DNA of 64,000 nucleotides, from NCBI GenBank assembly GCA_026936335.1, contig JAPMXV010000002.1, positions 310,001-374,000 on the forward strand. The letters run 5' to 3'. The number at the start of each line of letters is the position of its first letter. Position 1 is the stretch's first letter. This document shows, piece by piece, positions 62,506 to 64,000 of the stretch. The notes under the pieces were generated by a model, which saw only the letters and a list, made by a program, of their open reading frames with translations, had not been told where the DNA came from and did no database searches. The position numbers were made by a program, and so were the translations under genes. Source of the stretch: Mantamonas sphyraenae STR306 (Eukaryota > Protista > CRuMs).

Positions 62506-63834
62506 ATGAGCACGAGTATTGGCAAGAGCAGGTCAACAGGGTCAGGGGGCAGGAAGAAGGAGTTTGGTGAACTTGAAGGATGTGAAGCCGGAGAACGGGG
62601 TGAGTTGGGGGAGAGGGGGATGGGGGGTGGAGGGGGAGGGATGGGAGGGGAAAGGGGTGGCTGACATTGGGGTTGGGGGTGAGGGCAGGCGGTGACGCTG
62701 GTGGGAGAGTCGCTCAAGTCGTTGGAGTGGCTGGGTCACCAACCGAAACTGGAGACGCTGGACGTGCATGATAACTTTATCAACACGCTGTCTGGGTTTG
62801 GGATCTACTACCATTTGCGCTCGCTGGACTTGAGTTTCAACGAGCTGGAGACGCTGGGAGGGCCTGCGGGAGATGCCGAATCTGGCGGTGAGTGGTGGGC
62901 GGGAAGGAAGCGGGGGCGCGGCCCAGGTTAGGAGAGCGTGGGTGGGGACTGACACAGGGTTGGGAGGCAGCATCTGAACGTGTCGTCGAATATGCTGAGT
63001 TCGCTGGAAAGCCTGCCAGCGCTGCCTGCGCTGGAGGTGCTGCTGTGCAGCGACAACGAGCTGACGACGTTTGCGGGGCTGGTTTTCCAGCCGCAGCTGA
63101 CGGTGCTGGCGTGTGCAGGGAACCAGATTGGGTCGTTGGAAGGGCTGCCGGCAACACCGAATCTGGAGAGCGTGGAGATGAGTAGGAATCCGGTGTGCGA
63201 GGAGTCGTTGTACACGGTGATGCTTCTGGTGGGGCTGGGCCAGCAACTGGGGTGGGTGGACGGGGTCGAGGTGGACGAGGTGGTGCGTGCGGCGTCGTTG
63301 GCGTTTCCTCGCATCATGTCGCTGGCACTGCGGGAAGGGTTCCCGTGGAGCGAGCTGACGGATGTGGAGAGTGCGCACGGGCTGGCGACACGGTTCCTAG
63401 AAGGGAGGCAGCTGGAGGCACTGGCAGGACTGCCGTATGAGTTGGCAAGTGCACACGTGGACGGAGCTGCGGTGGTGGGGGACACGCTGCGGGCAGGGTT
63501 TGTGTTTGTGCCGCGGGAAAACGCCTCGAGCAGCGGAGGCAATGTCAAGGTGTTTTACCAATGGTTCCGTCTGGAGTCCAATGGGTTGCGGCTGGTGGCA
63601 GCAGGGGAGCACACGAGTCGGTATGTGGTCACAGATGAGGATGTCGGGTATGCGTTGGTGTGTGAGGCAACCCCGTTGCTGCCGGGTGGGGCGTTGGGGT
63701 ATTGTGCCAGGGTGGTGAGTAGGGATGTGAGGTTTGGGATTGGAGAGGGGATGGGGGGGGAGGAGGGGATTGGGGAGGGGAGTGGGGGGCAAGAGGAGGG
63801 GAGTGGGAGTGGGGAGGGGGAGGAAGAGATTTGA
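62506..63834 (+). CDS. LRR protein with an AIR9-type (A9) Ig-like domain, multi-exon
   Basis: SDS22-like LRRs ('LETLDVHDNFI', 'LRSLDLSFNEL', 'LLCSDNELTTF', 'MSRNPV'); 'YQWFR...YVVTDEDVGYALVCEATP'. Confidence 0.65.
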
Positions 63835-63881
63835 CGAAATAATGGTTTGTGTTGTTCTTGAGGGTAGGGATCATGTGGGGA

Positions 63882-64000
63882 CTAGGGCTCAGAGACGACG
63901 CTGGCAAGGATCTTGTCTTGGGCGGTGAGCTGGGGGGCGCCGGACAGGAGGCGCTGCTCTTTGGCAAGGCGCACACTGCGTATCCTGTCTGCGTGGGACT
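63882..64000 (-). CDS. 3' end of a gene entering from beyond the window
   Basis: Open frame '..ADRIRSVRLAKEQRLLSGAPQLTAQDKILASVVSEP*' converging on the LRR gene. Confidence 0.35.
   Translation of the reverse strand, partial: SHADRIRSVRLAKEQRLLSGAPQLTAQDKILASVVSEP

Overview
Gene-dense, GC-rich eukaryotic (protist-like) DNA with short GT-AG introns (gtgagt/gtacgt donors, CTRAC branch points, CA-rich introns). About 18 host genes are recognisable: VPS52, an LRR/multi-PH protein, Fe-SOD, an SMG1-like PIKK, an SLC38A9-like transporter, FKBP15-like, RTCA, a GATA-FHA-PHD protein, a DOCK GEF, NAP1, a GOLD-domain protein, CCT8, an OGT-like protein and others. Two minus-strand accessory loci (about 18.9-25.3 kb and 53.9-60.0 kb) each encode a very large (about 1,850-1,900 aa) protein ending in a Fanzor1/TnpB-type RuvC with the rearranged D...G...E-x-x-T-S...D signature. 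Locus 1 is a 4-exon gene; splicing reconstitutes a ubiquitin-specific-protease (C19) Cys/His/Asp catalytic set at its N-terminus, giving a putative deubiquitinase-Fanzor fusion. It is followed by a multi-hairpin candidate omega-RNA. The two proteins are otherwise not visibly similar, yet both loci end in the same 11-nt motif (GAAAAATACAG on the minus strand). No transposase is recognisable in either. Indel-type frameshifts also occur in host genes in the second half of the window, so the three frameshifts in locus 2 may be assembly errors. All calls come from reading motifs by eye; no searches were run.
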